A program made the translations under genes and the position numbers. Below are positions 17,625 to 26,516 of a DNA stretch of 64,000 nt, in pieces (positions within the stretch are counted from its first letter, which is position 1; the number at the start of each line of letters is the position of its first letter). Source of the stretch: an uncultured Phenylobacterium sp. (GTDB lineage: Bacteria > Pseudomonadota > Alphaproteobacteria > Caulobacterales > Caulobacteraceae); the NCBI GenBank assembly GCA_964495645.1, contig CAZBXO010000003.1:1756-65755 (forward strand), given 5' to 3'. The notes beneath the pieces were generated by a model. It was not told the DNA's origin and made no database searches. It was given only the letters and a program-made list of their open reading frames with translations.

Positions 17625-18756
17625 CCGCTTTCTTGATGTCTTTAGCCGCTACATTGACTCCGGCTTCGGCCTGCTCGGTGGCGAGGTCGCGTTCGTCGCG
17701 AGCACCCTCGTCGTCATCGATGTCACATTGGCTGCACTGTTCTGGTCTTGGGCGGCCGGCGACGACATCATCGCCCGTCTCATCAAGAAGACGTTGTACG
17801 TTGGTTTTTTTGCGTTCCTGCTCTCGAACTTCAACGCCCTTGCGCGGGTCGTCTTCCTCTCGTTCTCAGGCCTGGGCCTCAAGGCCTCGGGCAGCGGCAT
17901 GTCCGCGAGCGATTTCCTCCACCCCGGCAAAATAGCTCAGGCGGGCATTGACGCCGGCAAGCCACTTCTCGAACAAGCTCAGCAGCTGTCTGGCTTTCCG
18001 GGCTTCTTCGACAACTTCCCTTACATCCTGGTCTTGGTCGTTGCGTGGCTGATCGTGCTGGTCGCGTTCTTCGTCCTCGCCGTGCAGCTCTTCGTGACGC
18101 TTATCGAGTTTAAGCTCACCACGCTCGCCGGCTTCGTCCTCGTGCCGTTTGGCTTGTTCGGGAAGACGGCCTTCCTCGCGGAGCGCGTGCTTGGCAACGT
18201 GGTCGCGGCTGGGATCAAGGTCCTCGTGCTCGCGGTGATCGTCGGCATCGGTTCGACGCTATTCAAAGAGTTCGTGAGCGACTTTGGCGGGCAGCAGCCA
18301 TCTCTCGAAGAGGTCCTGTCCCTAGCGCTCGCCTCGCTGTGCCTCCTCGGCCTGGGAATCTTCGGTCCTGCCATCGCGAACGGTTTGGTCTCCGGGGCTC
18401 CGCAACTTGCGGCCGGAGCGGCAGTCGGGACGGGCCTGGCCGCGGGCGGTCTCGCCGCGGCCGGCGTGATGGGCGCTCGCGCTGCCGCCGGAGCCGCGGC
18501 TGGCGGGCTCCGAGGCGCAGCCGCTGCGATCCGGCCGTCGCGGCCCGGGCCCAGCGGCAGCGGCGGTGGCGCCGGCGCGCCTTCCGGCGGGCCCGCCGGC
18601 GGCGGCTCGCCGAATGGCGGCGCTCCGGCTTGGGCGCGCCAATACCAGCAGCGGCAGGACGCGGCCCACGGGGCCAGCACCGCCGCCCACGCGATCCGCT
18701 CGGGTGATCATCCGAGCGGCGGAACCTCCGTCACCCTTGCTGAGGACCGGTCATGA
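17605..18756 (+). CDS. trbL: TrbL (VirB6)
   Basis: 'YIDSGFGLL', 'IEFKLTTLAGFVL', Gly/Ala-rich tail. Confidence 0.93.
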   Translation: MNTGVADRFLDVFSRYIDSGFGLLGGEVAFVASTLVVIDVTLAALFWSWAAGDDIIARLIKKTLYVGFFAFLLSNFNALARVVFLSFSGLGLKASGSGMSASDFLHPGKIAQAGIDAGKPLLEQAQQLSGFPGFFDNFPYILVLVVAWLIVLVAFFVLAVQLFVTLIEFKLTTLAGFVLVPFGLFGKTAFLAERVLGNVVAAGIKVLVLAVIVGIGSTLFKEFVSDFGGQQPSLEEVLSLALASLCLLGLGIFGPAIANGLVSGAPQLAAGAAVGTGLAAGGLAAAGVMGARAAAGAAAGGLRGAAAAIRPSRPGPSGSGGGAGAPSGGPAGGGSPNGGAPAWARQYQQRQDAAHGASTAAHAIRSGDHPSGGTSVTLAEDRS

Positions 18757-19439
18757 ATGTCTTCACCCGCCCTGGCCTGCGCTACGGCGCGACGCCAACG
18801 CTCGAAACGCCGTACCAGCGCGCGGCGCAGGCTTGGGACGATCGCATCGGCTCAGCCCGAGTTCAGGCGCGCAACTGGCGCTTCATGGCCTTCGGCGGTC
18901 TTGCGCTGTCCGCAGCTCTTTCAGCCGCGCTGGTGTGGCAGGGCGCCCGCGGATCGGTGACGCCGTGGGTCGTCCAGGTCGATCGGCTTGGCCAAGCCCA
19001 GGCTGTCGCCCCGGCTGCCGCAGGTTACCGACCGACTGATCCACAGATTGCGTGGCACCTGGCGCGCTTCGTCGAGGAGGTGAGGGCGATCCCTGCCGAT
19101 CCGATCATCGTCCGTCAGAACTGGCTGCGTGCTTACGACTACACGACCGACCGTGGCGCGCAGGCGCTGAATGAGTACGCCCGAGCCAACGACCCCTTCA
19201 GCAAGGTCGGCCAAGTCCAAGTCGCCGTTGATGTTTCCAGCGTCATCCGAGCCTCCCCTGATAGCTTCCGCGTGGCCTGGATCGAGCGCCGCTACGTCGA
19301 TGGCGCGCTCGCCACGACCGAACGGTGGACAGCGATCCTGACGGTCGTCCTGCAGCCGCCGCGGACGGCGGATGCGCTTCGCAAGAACCCGCTCGGCGTC
19401 TTCGTGCACGCCGTGAACTGGTCTCGGGAGCTCGGGTGA
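18753..19439 (+). CDS. trbF: TrbF (VirB8-like)
   Basis: 'TPYQRAAQAWDDRIGSARVQARNWR', 'KNPLGVFV'. Confidence 0.94.
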   Translation: MNVFTRPGLRYGATPTLETPYQRAAQAWDDRIGSARVQARNWRFMAFGGLALSAALSAALVWQGARGSVTPWVVQVDRLGQAQAVAPAAAGYRPTDPQIAWHLARFVEEVRAIPADPIIVRQNWLRAYDYTTDRGAQALNEYARANDPFSKVGQVQVAVDVSSVIRASPDSFRVAWIERRYVDGALATTERWTAILTVVLQPPRTADALRKNPLGVFVHAVNWSRELG

Positions 19440-20416
19440 TGCGTATCCTCGGCACGTATGCCTGCGTGGTTGCCTCGACCGCCCTAGGCGGATGCGCGGT
19501 CCTCCGACCCCTGGTGAGCCAGGCAGCGCCCAAGCCGACGCACGTCGCTACGGCTCCGGTGTCGGCCGCTCAGGTCGCACGTCCAGCAGCGGCGGTGGCG
19601 ATGGCCCCAATCCCAAACCCGCCCGCGAGCGCCGGGCGGAGCTTGCCGAGAAGGAACCCCGCTGATCCTGCGGCGCGCGTCGCCCTAGCAAACGCCGCCG
19701 CTCGCGTTCAGCCCAACGTCAGCGACTACGCCAACGCCGCGCAGATCTATGAGTACGAAGATGGCGCGCTCTATCAGGTCTACGCCTCGCCAGGGCGGAT
19801 CACAGACATCGTCCTCCAAGAGGGCGAGGCGCTTTCGGGGAATGGGCCGGTCGCCGCAGGCGATACGACGCGATGGATCATCGGTGACACCGAGAGCGGA
19901 TCTGGAGCCGGCAGGCGCGTCCATATCCTGGTGAAGCCCACAGGATCGAAGCTTCAGACCAATCTCGTGATCAACACGAACCGTCGGACCTACCATCTGG
20001 AGCTGCGAGCCACGCCAGCGACCTACATGGCGTCCGTCGCGTGGCGGTATCCTGCCGAAGAGGCGGCGGCCGCCGCTGCGGCTGCGGCGGTGGAGCAATA
20101 CGCGCTGCCGACGGTCGCCGTTGATCAGTTGAACTTCGGCTATCGGATCAGCGGGGACCGAGCCTCTTGGCGCCCGGCGCGCGTCTATGATGACGGTCGC
20201 CAGACCTACATCGAGTTGCCGACGACGGTCGTGCAAAGCGAGCTGCCGCCGCTCTTCGTGGCCGGCGCCGACGGCAAAGTCACGGACCTGGTGAACTACC
20301 GGGTCATCGGCAAGCGAATCGTCGTCGATCGCATCTTCACCCGGGCGGAGCTGCGGCTTGGCGATAGCCGAGGCGCCAAGCGCGTTCGCATCGAACGCAC
20401 GGGGGCAAGCTCATGA
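19439..20416 (+). CDS. trbG: TrbG (VirB9)
   Basis: 'GALYQVYASPGRITDI', 'AGDTTRW', 'TNRRTYHLEL', 'YDDGRQTYI'. Confidence 0.93.
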   Translation: MRILGTYACVVASTALGGCAVLRPLVSQAAPKPTHVATAPVSAAQVARPAAAVAMAPIPNPPASAGRSLPRRNPADPAARVALANAAARVQPNVSDYANAAQIYEYEDGALYQVYASPGRITDIVLQEGEALSGNGPVAAGDTTRWIIGDTESGSGAGRRVHILVKPTGSKLQTNLVINTNRRTYHLELRATPATYMASVAWRYPAEEAAAAAAAAAVEQYALPTVAVDQLNFGYRISGDRASWRPARVYDDGRQTYIELPTTVVQSELPPLFVAGADGKVTDLVNYRVIGKRIVVDRIFTRAELRLGDSRGAKRVRIERTGASS

Positions 20417-21543
20417 CCGCCACTAGCCACCCCTCTGAGCAGGACGCGGCCCAGGAACTGCGTCTGCGATCGAGCCGGCCGCGCGTTGCCAGGCTATCCC
20501 GCAAGGCCCTGGTCACGCTGACGGCCGTCTCATCGGTCGCGATCGTAGGCGCCGTCGCCTACGGCATGACCTCGGGCGCCAGCGGGCACAAGCCTCGCGA
20601 AATCTATAATGTCGGCGGCCAGCCCCCGGAGCGTCTGAACCGACTCCCTCGCAACTATGGTGAGACGCCGCCCCTCGGGCCGCCGCTCCCTGGCGACCTC
20701 GGTGCGCCCATCCTCGCAGCGAATGCACCGCCGCCGGGGATAGCGAACGCTCAAAATGATGCGGCCATTCAGCAGGCCGAAGCCCACCGCCAGCGTGTGC
20801 AACAGGAGCGCGATGCTGCCCGCATGAGCCGCCTGTTCGCTGCTGACGCGCAGGCGCGAGGCGTCGACGCGGCCGAACGTCTTGCTGTTACGGGCGATGC
20901 TGTAGGTGCCAGGCGCACGATCCTCGACGGCCCTGTCGATCGCCGGACGACCAGTCCAGATCGCCTGCAGGACCCTCCGTCTCCCTTCGTCCTGCAAGCC
21001 GGAGCCATGATCCCTGCGGCCTTGGTCACGGGCATCAAGTCGGACATCCCAGGCCAGATCGTCGGACAGGTGACCGAGAACGTCTACGACAGCGTGGCCG
21101 GGCGATATCTACTCATCCCCCAGGGCAGCAAGCTCATCGGCATCTACGATACGCAGGTCGCCCATGGTCAGAGCCGCGTGCTGCTCGCGTGGACGCGGCT
21201 CATACTCCCGAACGGTCGGTCGATCGTGCTTGAGAAGCAGCCTGCCGGGGACGCCGCCGGCTACGCCGGCCTGCGCGACCGGGTCGACCGCCACTGGGGC
21301 GAGTTGTTCGGAGCAGCGGCCTTATCGACGATCCTTGGAATCGGCGCGCAACTCGGCGAGGATCCTCGAGACAGCGACATCGTCCGCGCGCTGCGCGACG
21401 GCAGCTCGGACACCTTCAACCAGGTCGGCCAGCAGGCCGTCGGGCGCAGTCTGAACATCGCGCCCACGCTCACGATCCGGCCCGGCGCGCCGGTGCGGGT
21501 CATGGTGACTCGCGATCTCATCCTCGAACCCTACCGGCCCTGA
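20413..21543 (+). CDS. trbI: TrbI (VirB10)
   Basis: 'IPAALVTGIKSDIPG', 'LLIPQGSKLIG.YD', 'PTLTIRPG'. Confidence 0.94.
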   Translation: MTATSHPSEQDAAQELRLRSSRPRVARLSRKALVTLTAVSSVAIVGAVAYGMTSGASGHKPREIYNVGGQPPERLNRLPRNYGETPPLGPPLPGDLGAPILAANAPPPGIANAQNDAAIQQAEAHRQRVQQERDAARMSRLFAADAQARGVDAAERLAVTGDAVGARRTILDGPVDRRTTSPDRLQDPPSPFVLQAGAMIPAALVTGIKSDIPGQIVGQVTENVYDSVAGRYLLIPQGSKLIGIYDTQVAHGQSRVLLAWTRLILPNGRSIVLEKQPAGDAAGYAGLRDRVDRHWGELFGAAALSTILGIGAQLGEDPRDSDIVRALRDGSSDTFNQVGQQAVGRSLNIAPTLTIRPGAPVRVMVTRDLILEPYRP

Positions 21544-21555
21544 AGGAGGCGTCAG

Positions 21556-21786
21556 ATGGCCAAGCTCAAGCTCTCCGAAATCCTCGACGACACGCCCGTG
21601 CGGGTCACCGTTGAACTCCCCGCCGCGGTGCACCGTGACCTTGTCGCCTACGGCGAGGCGCTGAAGCGGGAAGGGGGCAAGGCTGTCGAGCCGGTAAAGC
21701 TCATCCCGCCCATGCTGTCGCGGTTCATGGGCACAGATCGCGCGTTCACGCGGATGAAGCGGCCTAGCGAGAAGGCGAGAGCCTGA
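21556..21786 (+). CDS. DUF2274 family protein
   Basis: 'LKL....DDTPV..TVELPA.VHRDL..Y...L......LIPPML.RFM.TDRAF'; canonical position after trbI. Confidence 0.9.
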   Translation: MAKLKLSEILDDTPVRVTVELPAAVHRDLVAYGEALKREGGKAVEPVKLIPPMLSRFMGTDRAFTRMKRPSEKARA

Positions 21787-21808
21787 GCCGAACTCGCGGA
21801 TGATGCCA

Positions 21809-22486
21809 TCAACCGCCGTGCTGGGCGCAGTAGCCGCCCTTTGCCGTCGCGGCCTTCCACTTCTCGACCGAAAGCATGCCAGGAACTCCGGCGACACGGG
21901 CGGTGCATGGCTTGCCGTTCTTGTAGGTTGCTTCACAGCCCACATGCCCCCAGCCTGACAGCCAATCCACAAATGCAGCGCGGGTCAGATCAAAGTGCTC
22001 GGCTAGCGCTGTCGTCGGATCGGTAAGGAATGCGGTCGCCTCGGCTGGCGTGAGTGAGGTCGACAAGTTAGTCCAGCCGAGGCCTTGGTCGAGGTGGTAT
22101 GGCTTGCCGTGCCGAATGTGGGATTCAATGACCTCGCGCTCCAGCGGACTCGGCGCGGGCCATTCCTTCATCGGTTCCGAAACAACCGTAACCCGATCTG
22201 AGCCGTGACCCTTCGGCTGATGTTGCAGGCGGCCGGCTAATACCAGGAACTGTGACTGGCCCCGCTTTCCGGGGAGTCCCGTGACGGCCTCCGCCAGGAC
22301 CAGGCTCAACCCCTTGCCGAAAGCGCCATAGGCGTAGAGGGCGGCCTGAAGCCGATCGGCCGGATCTTCGATCTCCGTCAACCCGAGGCCGCATTGGCGG
22401 CGATGTTCCTGGGCCTCGGCCAGCGCCGACTCCGCGGCTTCCAGGGCGGCGTTGGCTTCGACAAGACGCTGCAGCGCGGGATGCAT
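21809..22486 (-). CDS. Hypothetical protein with C-terminal C-x9-C-x25-C-x2-H putative Zn-binding motif
   Basis: 'CEATYKNGKPC...GGYCAQHGG*'; N-terminal coiled-coil-like helix. Confidence 0.65.
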   Translation of the reverse strand: MHPALQRLVEANAALEAAESALAEAQEHRRQCGLGLTEIEDPADRLQAALYAYGAFGKGLSLVLAEAVTGLPGKRGQSQFLVLAGRLQHQPKGHGSDRVTVVSEPMKEWPAPSPLEREVIESHIRHGKPYHLDQGLGWTNLSTSLTPAEATAFLTDPTTALAEHFDLTRAAFVDWLSGWGHVGCEATYKNGKPCTARVAGVPGMLSVEKWKAATAKGGYCAQHGG

Positions 22487-22650
22487 TGGTCTCACTCGGG
22501 TCGCGACGCAGGTACGCTACCACTGGTCGCCGCTCGCTGGCGGGCGTCCTGGCGCTAAGCTGTGGAGAACTCGCTTGATCGTGCGGGCGCATCGCGCGCA
22601 TTTCGAGGCGCCACAACCTCGGAGAGCCGCACGTTCGGCCGCGCCTGTCC

Positions 22651-24612
22651 ATGTTCATCGAACGCCTCGTCCTCACCAACTTCCGCTGCTTCGGACCGGC
22701 TCCGACCATCATCGAGCTCACTGCGGGCCTGACCGCCTTCGTGGGGGTCAACGGCGCCGGCAAGACGGCTGTCATGCTGGCCTTGCAGCGGTTGTTCGGG
22801 GTGACCGGCGACCAGCGACGTTTGCGCCGTCAGGATTTCCACGTTCCGCTCGCCGAAGCCGCGCCGCCGCAGGAGCGGCGTTTCGTGCTGGAGGCGATCC
22901 TGGCGTTTCCAGAACTCGACGGCGAGGGTGCCGGCGCCGACGCTGTCCCTGAATTCTTCCAGCAGATGGCGGCGGACGAAGCGGGCCGCCTGAAGTGCCG
23001 CCTGCGGCTGGAGGCGACCTGGACGGACGACGGATCGCTCGAAGGCGCCATCGAACAGAAATATTGGGCGGTGCGGGCCTTCGGCGACTTCGGCGAAGGC
23101 GATTGCACGGAACTGAAGGCCATCGACCGCACCCGCGTCCAGATGATCTATGTGCCGGCCCAGCGCGACGCCGCCTCCCAAGTCACGGCGTTCCTGCGCG
23201 GCCGGTTGTGGCGGGCGATCAACTGGTCTCAGGGCGTTCGCGACACCTTCGCGCAGAGCGGGGCGGCGCTGAACAACGCCTTCGGCGGTGAGGCGGCGGT
23301 CGATGTGGTGGTCGGCGCTGTGGCGAGGCGGTGGCAGGAAGTGCACGCAGCCGGAACCGACACCACGCCGGTCTTCCGCCCGATCGACCTGCGCTTCCAA
23401 GAATTCATCCGCAAGGTCGAGGTCGTCTTCCGCCCTGACGAAGCCGGACGCGAGCGCGCCTTGGACGACCTCAGCGACGGCCAGCGGTCGCTGTTCCACA
23501 TCGCGATGACGGCGGCCACCCTCGACGTAGAAGGTCGCATCGCCGCCAATCCGGTGGCGGCGGGGTTCCAGGCCGGCGGCGTCCCGCTCCCGGCGCTGAC
23601 CCTCATCGCAGTCGAGGAGCCCGAGAACAACCTCGCGCCGTTCTATCTCTCCCGCATTGTCCGCCAGCTTGAGGACCTGACGAACGGTCCCCGCGCCCAA
23701 GCGGTCATCTCCAGCCATTCGGCCAGCATCCTGGCCCGGGTAGAGCCGGCCCAGGTGCGGCACTTCCGCCTCGACGCGGCTGACCGCACGGCGAAGGTCC
23801 GACCCATCCGGCTGCCGGCAAACGACGAGGACGCGTCGAAATTCGTGCGCGAGGCGGTCCGCACCTACCCAGAGCTCTACTTCGCGCGGTTCGTCGTGCT
23901 GGGCGAGGGCGCCTCCGAGGAGGTGGTGCTACCGCGCCTGGCCGAGGCCATGGACTTCGATGTGGACCGCTCCTTCGTCGCGGTCGTTCCACTGGGCGGC
24001 CGCCACGTCAATCACCTGTGGCGACTGCTGACTGACCTCGAAATCCCCTATGCGACGCTGCTGGACCTCGACTGGGGTCGGGACGGCGGAGGGTGGGGCC
24101 GGATCAAGACCACCTGCGCCCAGTTGCTGGAGATCGGGGTTCCCGCCGCCCAGCTCTGGCAGCAACCCAACGCGGCGGGTCCGGCGGCCGACCTGGCGGC
24201 CTTCGACAACAACGACACCGGCGACACCGCTGGGCTGACCACGTGGACCAATGCCCTGCGTGGCCACCATGTCTTCTTCTGCGTGCCCCTCGACCTCGAC
24301 TATTCCATGTTGCGGGCGTTCCCGGCGGCCTATCAGGTCGCCGAGCCTGGTCGACAAGGTCCGTCGCCGCAGGGCGACCCCAGGACGGCGGTGCTCGGCG
24401 AGCACGGTCTTGGCCATCTCTACAGCGCCGCTCAGGACGAGGCGCTGCGCTGGTACCGATATCTGTTCCTCGGTCGCGGCAAGCCCAGCACCCACGTGCG
24501 GGTGCTCAGCAACCAGCCGGCCCAAGCCCTGGCCCAAGGGGCGCCGGAGGAGCTGCGTGCGCTTCTCCAATCGATCGTCACGCGTCTCACGCCGCCGGCG
24601 CCCGCGGCCTGA
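22651..24612 (+). CDS. gajA: OLD-family ABC-ATPase/TOPRIM endonuclease (GajA-like)
   Basis: Walker A GVNGAGKT, signature LSDGQRSL, Walker B IAVEEPENNL, H-loop SSHS, TOPRIM 'VLGEGASE' and 'LLDLD'. Confidence 0.85.
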   Translation: MFIERLVLTNFRCFGPAPTIIELTAGLTAFVGVNGAGKTAVMLALQRLFGVTGDQRRLRRQDFHVPLAEAAPPQERRFVLEAILAFPELDGEGAGADAVPEFFQQMAADEAGRLKCRLRLEATWTDDGSLEGAIEQKYWAVRAFGDFGEGDCTELKAIDRTRVQMIYVPAQRDAASQVTAFLRGRLWRAINWSQGVRDTFAQSGAALNNAFGGEAAVDVVVGAVARRWQEVHAAGTDTTPVFRPIDLRFQEFIRKVEVVFRPDEAGRERALDDLSDGQRSLFHIAMTAATLDVEGRIAANPVAAGFQAGGVPLPALTLIAVEEPENNLAPFYLSRIVRQLEDLTNGPRAQAVISSHSASILARVEPAQVRHFRLDAADRTAKVRPIRLPANDEDASKFVREAVRTYPELYFARFVVLGEGASEEVVLPRLAEAMDFDVDRSFVAVVPLGGRHVNHLWRLLTDLEIPYATLLDLDWGRDGGGWGRIKTTCAQLLEIGVPAAQLWQQPNAAGPAADLAAFDNNDTGDTAGLTTWTNALRGHHVFFCVPLDLDYSMLRAFPAAYQVAEPGRQGPSPQGDPRTAVLGEHGLGHLYSAAQDEALRWYRYLFLGRGKPSTHVRVLSNQPAQALAQGAPEELRALLQSIVTRLTPPAPAA

Positions 24613-24614
24613 CG

Positions 24615-26498
24615 ATGCCGCTCGTCCCTCCAGACGCGTGGCGGCCGCGCGGGATCGAGGATCTCGAGCCGGACGCTTGGCGCGCGCTGCGCCATGCCGG
24701 CTCGACCTGCGTCGTGGCGGGCCCCGGGGCCGGCAAGACGGAGTTCCTGGCCCAGCGCGCCGTCTACCTCCTCGAGACGGGCATCTGCCCCGCGCCCTAT
24801 CGGGTCCTGGCGATCTCGTTCAAGAGCGACGCGGCCGAAAACCTGGCGGCCCGCGTCCGCAAGCGGTGTCCGCCGGAGCTCGCGACGCGGTTCACCTCCG
24901 TCACGTTCGACGCCTTCACTAAGGGGCTCGTCGACCGGTTCCAGCCCGCGCTCCCCGAAGCGTGGCGCCCGACACGGCCCTACGACATCGCATTTCCGAA
25001 GCGTCCCCAGATCGAAGGCGTGCTGACCTCGGCCCGCATGAACGCGCCGGGCCCTTGGCAGGCGGAGATCGTCGCCCTCAACACCGGAACCTTCGAGGCT
25101 CGGCAGGTGGGCGCCTATCGACTACCGGTCGCGCCACAGGCGGCGCAGTCCGGCGTCGAGTTCGCCATCCAACGCTGGTGGACGGGCCAGCTCACGGCCC
25201 AGCCGCGCTCCGCCCTAACCTTCGTGAGCCTCAACCGGTTGGCGGAGCTGCTGTTGCGCGCCGGGCCGCACGTGCGCCGGGCCCTGCAGCTGACCTATCC
25301 CTTCCTCTTCGTCGACGAATTCCAGGACACGACCTACGCGCAGTACGACTTCCTGCACTCGGCGTTCAGTGGCGGGGACATCGCCGTGACGGCCGTGGGC
25401 GACGACAAGCAGCGCATCATGGCCTGGGCTGGCGCGCGTCCGGACGCCTTCGCGCGCTTCGAGGCGGATTTCGCGGCGGCGCGCATCCCCTTGCGCTTCA
25501 ACTTCCGTTCGTCGGACGACCTGGTGCGGATCCAGCACGTCGTGGCCCGCCGGCTGGACCCGGAGGCGCCGCCGACTGTGGCGCAGGCGGCGCGTCAGGT
25601 TGATGGCGACGTCGCCCAGCTCTGGACCAGCTCCACGAAGGCCCGCGAGACGGAATACCTCGCCCAGTGGCTGAGGGCGGATATGGAGGGGCGAGGTCGG
25701 CGGCCGCGCGACTACGCCATCCTCGTCAAGCAGAAGGCGGACGACTTCGAACGCGATCTGGCGCCGGCCCTCGCCCAGCAAGGGCTCCGGCTCCGCAACG
25801 AGAGCCATGACCTGGGGCGCACCACTCTGCAGGACCTGCTCTCCGACGAATTCGCCCGCATCGCCGTCGCCGTCCTGCGGCTGGGCGCCTCGCGGCGGGC
25901 GCCGGACGCCTGGCAACTGGCGGCCGCGGCGCTGCGTGATCTGCGGGGGATCTCGCCTGAGGACGAGGTCGGAGAGGCGCGGGTGGAGGCCGAGCTGACC
26001 GCCTTCATCCGTGCCCTGCGCAACGACATGGCCGCGACACCGCCGTCCGGCGCGCAGGCGGTCGGGTTCGCGGACCGGGTCTTCGCGTTCCTGGACCTGA
26101 CCGCCGTCCAGCGCAGCTATCTGTCCTACGCGTCGGGAGACCTCCTCGCGATCATGGCCGACGCCTTCCGTCGTCACGTCGCGGCGTCCGCGGAGGGCGC
26201 GGCCACCTGGGCGGCCGGCCTGGACGTCTTCGAGGGTGTCGAGCAGATTCCGCTGATGACCGTGCACAAGAGCAAGGGCCTGGAATACGATACCATCGCC
26301 TTCGTGGGTCTCGATGACGACGCCTGGTGGGCGCACACCCCTGGCGACCTTGAAGGTCTCGCCACCTTCTTCGTTGCCTTGTCGCGCGCCAAGCAGCGGG
26401 CGATCTTCGCCTTCTGCCGGCAGCGCGGCCAACGGGTGAAGGTGGCGGAGCTGTTCGACCTGCTCACCGAGGCCGGCGTGCCGGAGATCGCCTTGTGA
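24615..26498 (+). CDS. gajB: UvrD/Rep-family helicase (GajB-like)
   Basis: AGPGAGKT, VDEFQDT, VGDDKQRI, NFRS, TVHKSKGLEYD, FVALSRAK; starts 2 bp after the OLD gene. Confidence 0.85.
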   Translation: MPLVPPDAWRPRGIEDLEPDAWRALRHAGSTCVVAGPGAGKTEFLAQRAVYLLETGICPAPYRVLAISFKSDAAENLAARVRKRCPPELATRFTSVTFDAFTKGLVDRFQPALPEAWRPTRPYDIAFPKRPQIEGVLTSARMNAPGPWQAEIVALNTGTFEARQVGAYRLPVAPQAAQSGVEFAIQRWWTGQLTAQPRSALTFVSLNRLAELLLRAGPHVRRALQLTYPFLFVDEFQDTTYAQYDFLHSAFSGGDIAVTAVGDDKQRIMAWAGARPDAFARFEADFAAARIPLRFNFRSSDDLVRIQHVVARRLDPEAPPTVAQAARQVDGDVAQLWTSSTKARETEYLAQWLRADMEGRGRRPRDYAILVKQKADDFERDLAPALAQQGLRLRNESHDLGRTTLQDLLSDEFARIAVAVLRLGASRRAPDAWQLAAAALRDLRGISPEDEVGEARVEAELTAFIRALRNDMAATPPSGAQAVGFADRVFAFLDLTAVQRSYLSYASGDLLAIMADAFRRHVAASAEGAATWAAGLDVFEGVEQIPLMTVHKSKGLEYDTIAFVGLDDDAWWAHTPGDLEGLATFFVALSRAKQRAIFAFCRQRGQRVKVAELFDLLTEAGVPEIAL

Positions 26499-26516
26499 CG
26501 CCGACCTGAGCGCCCG

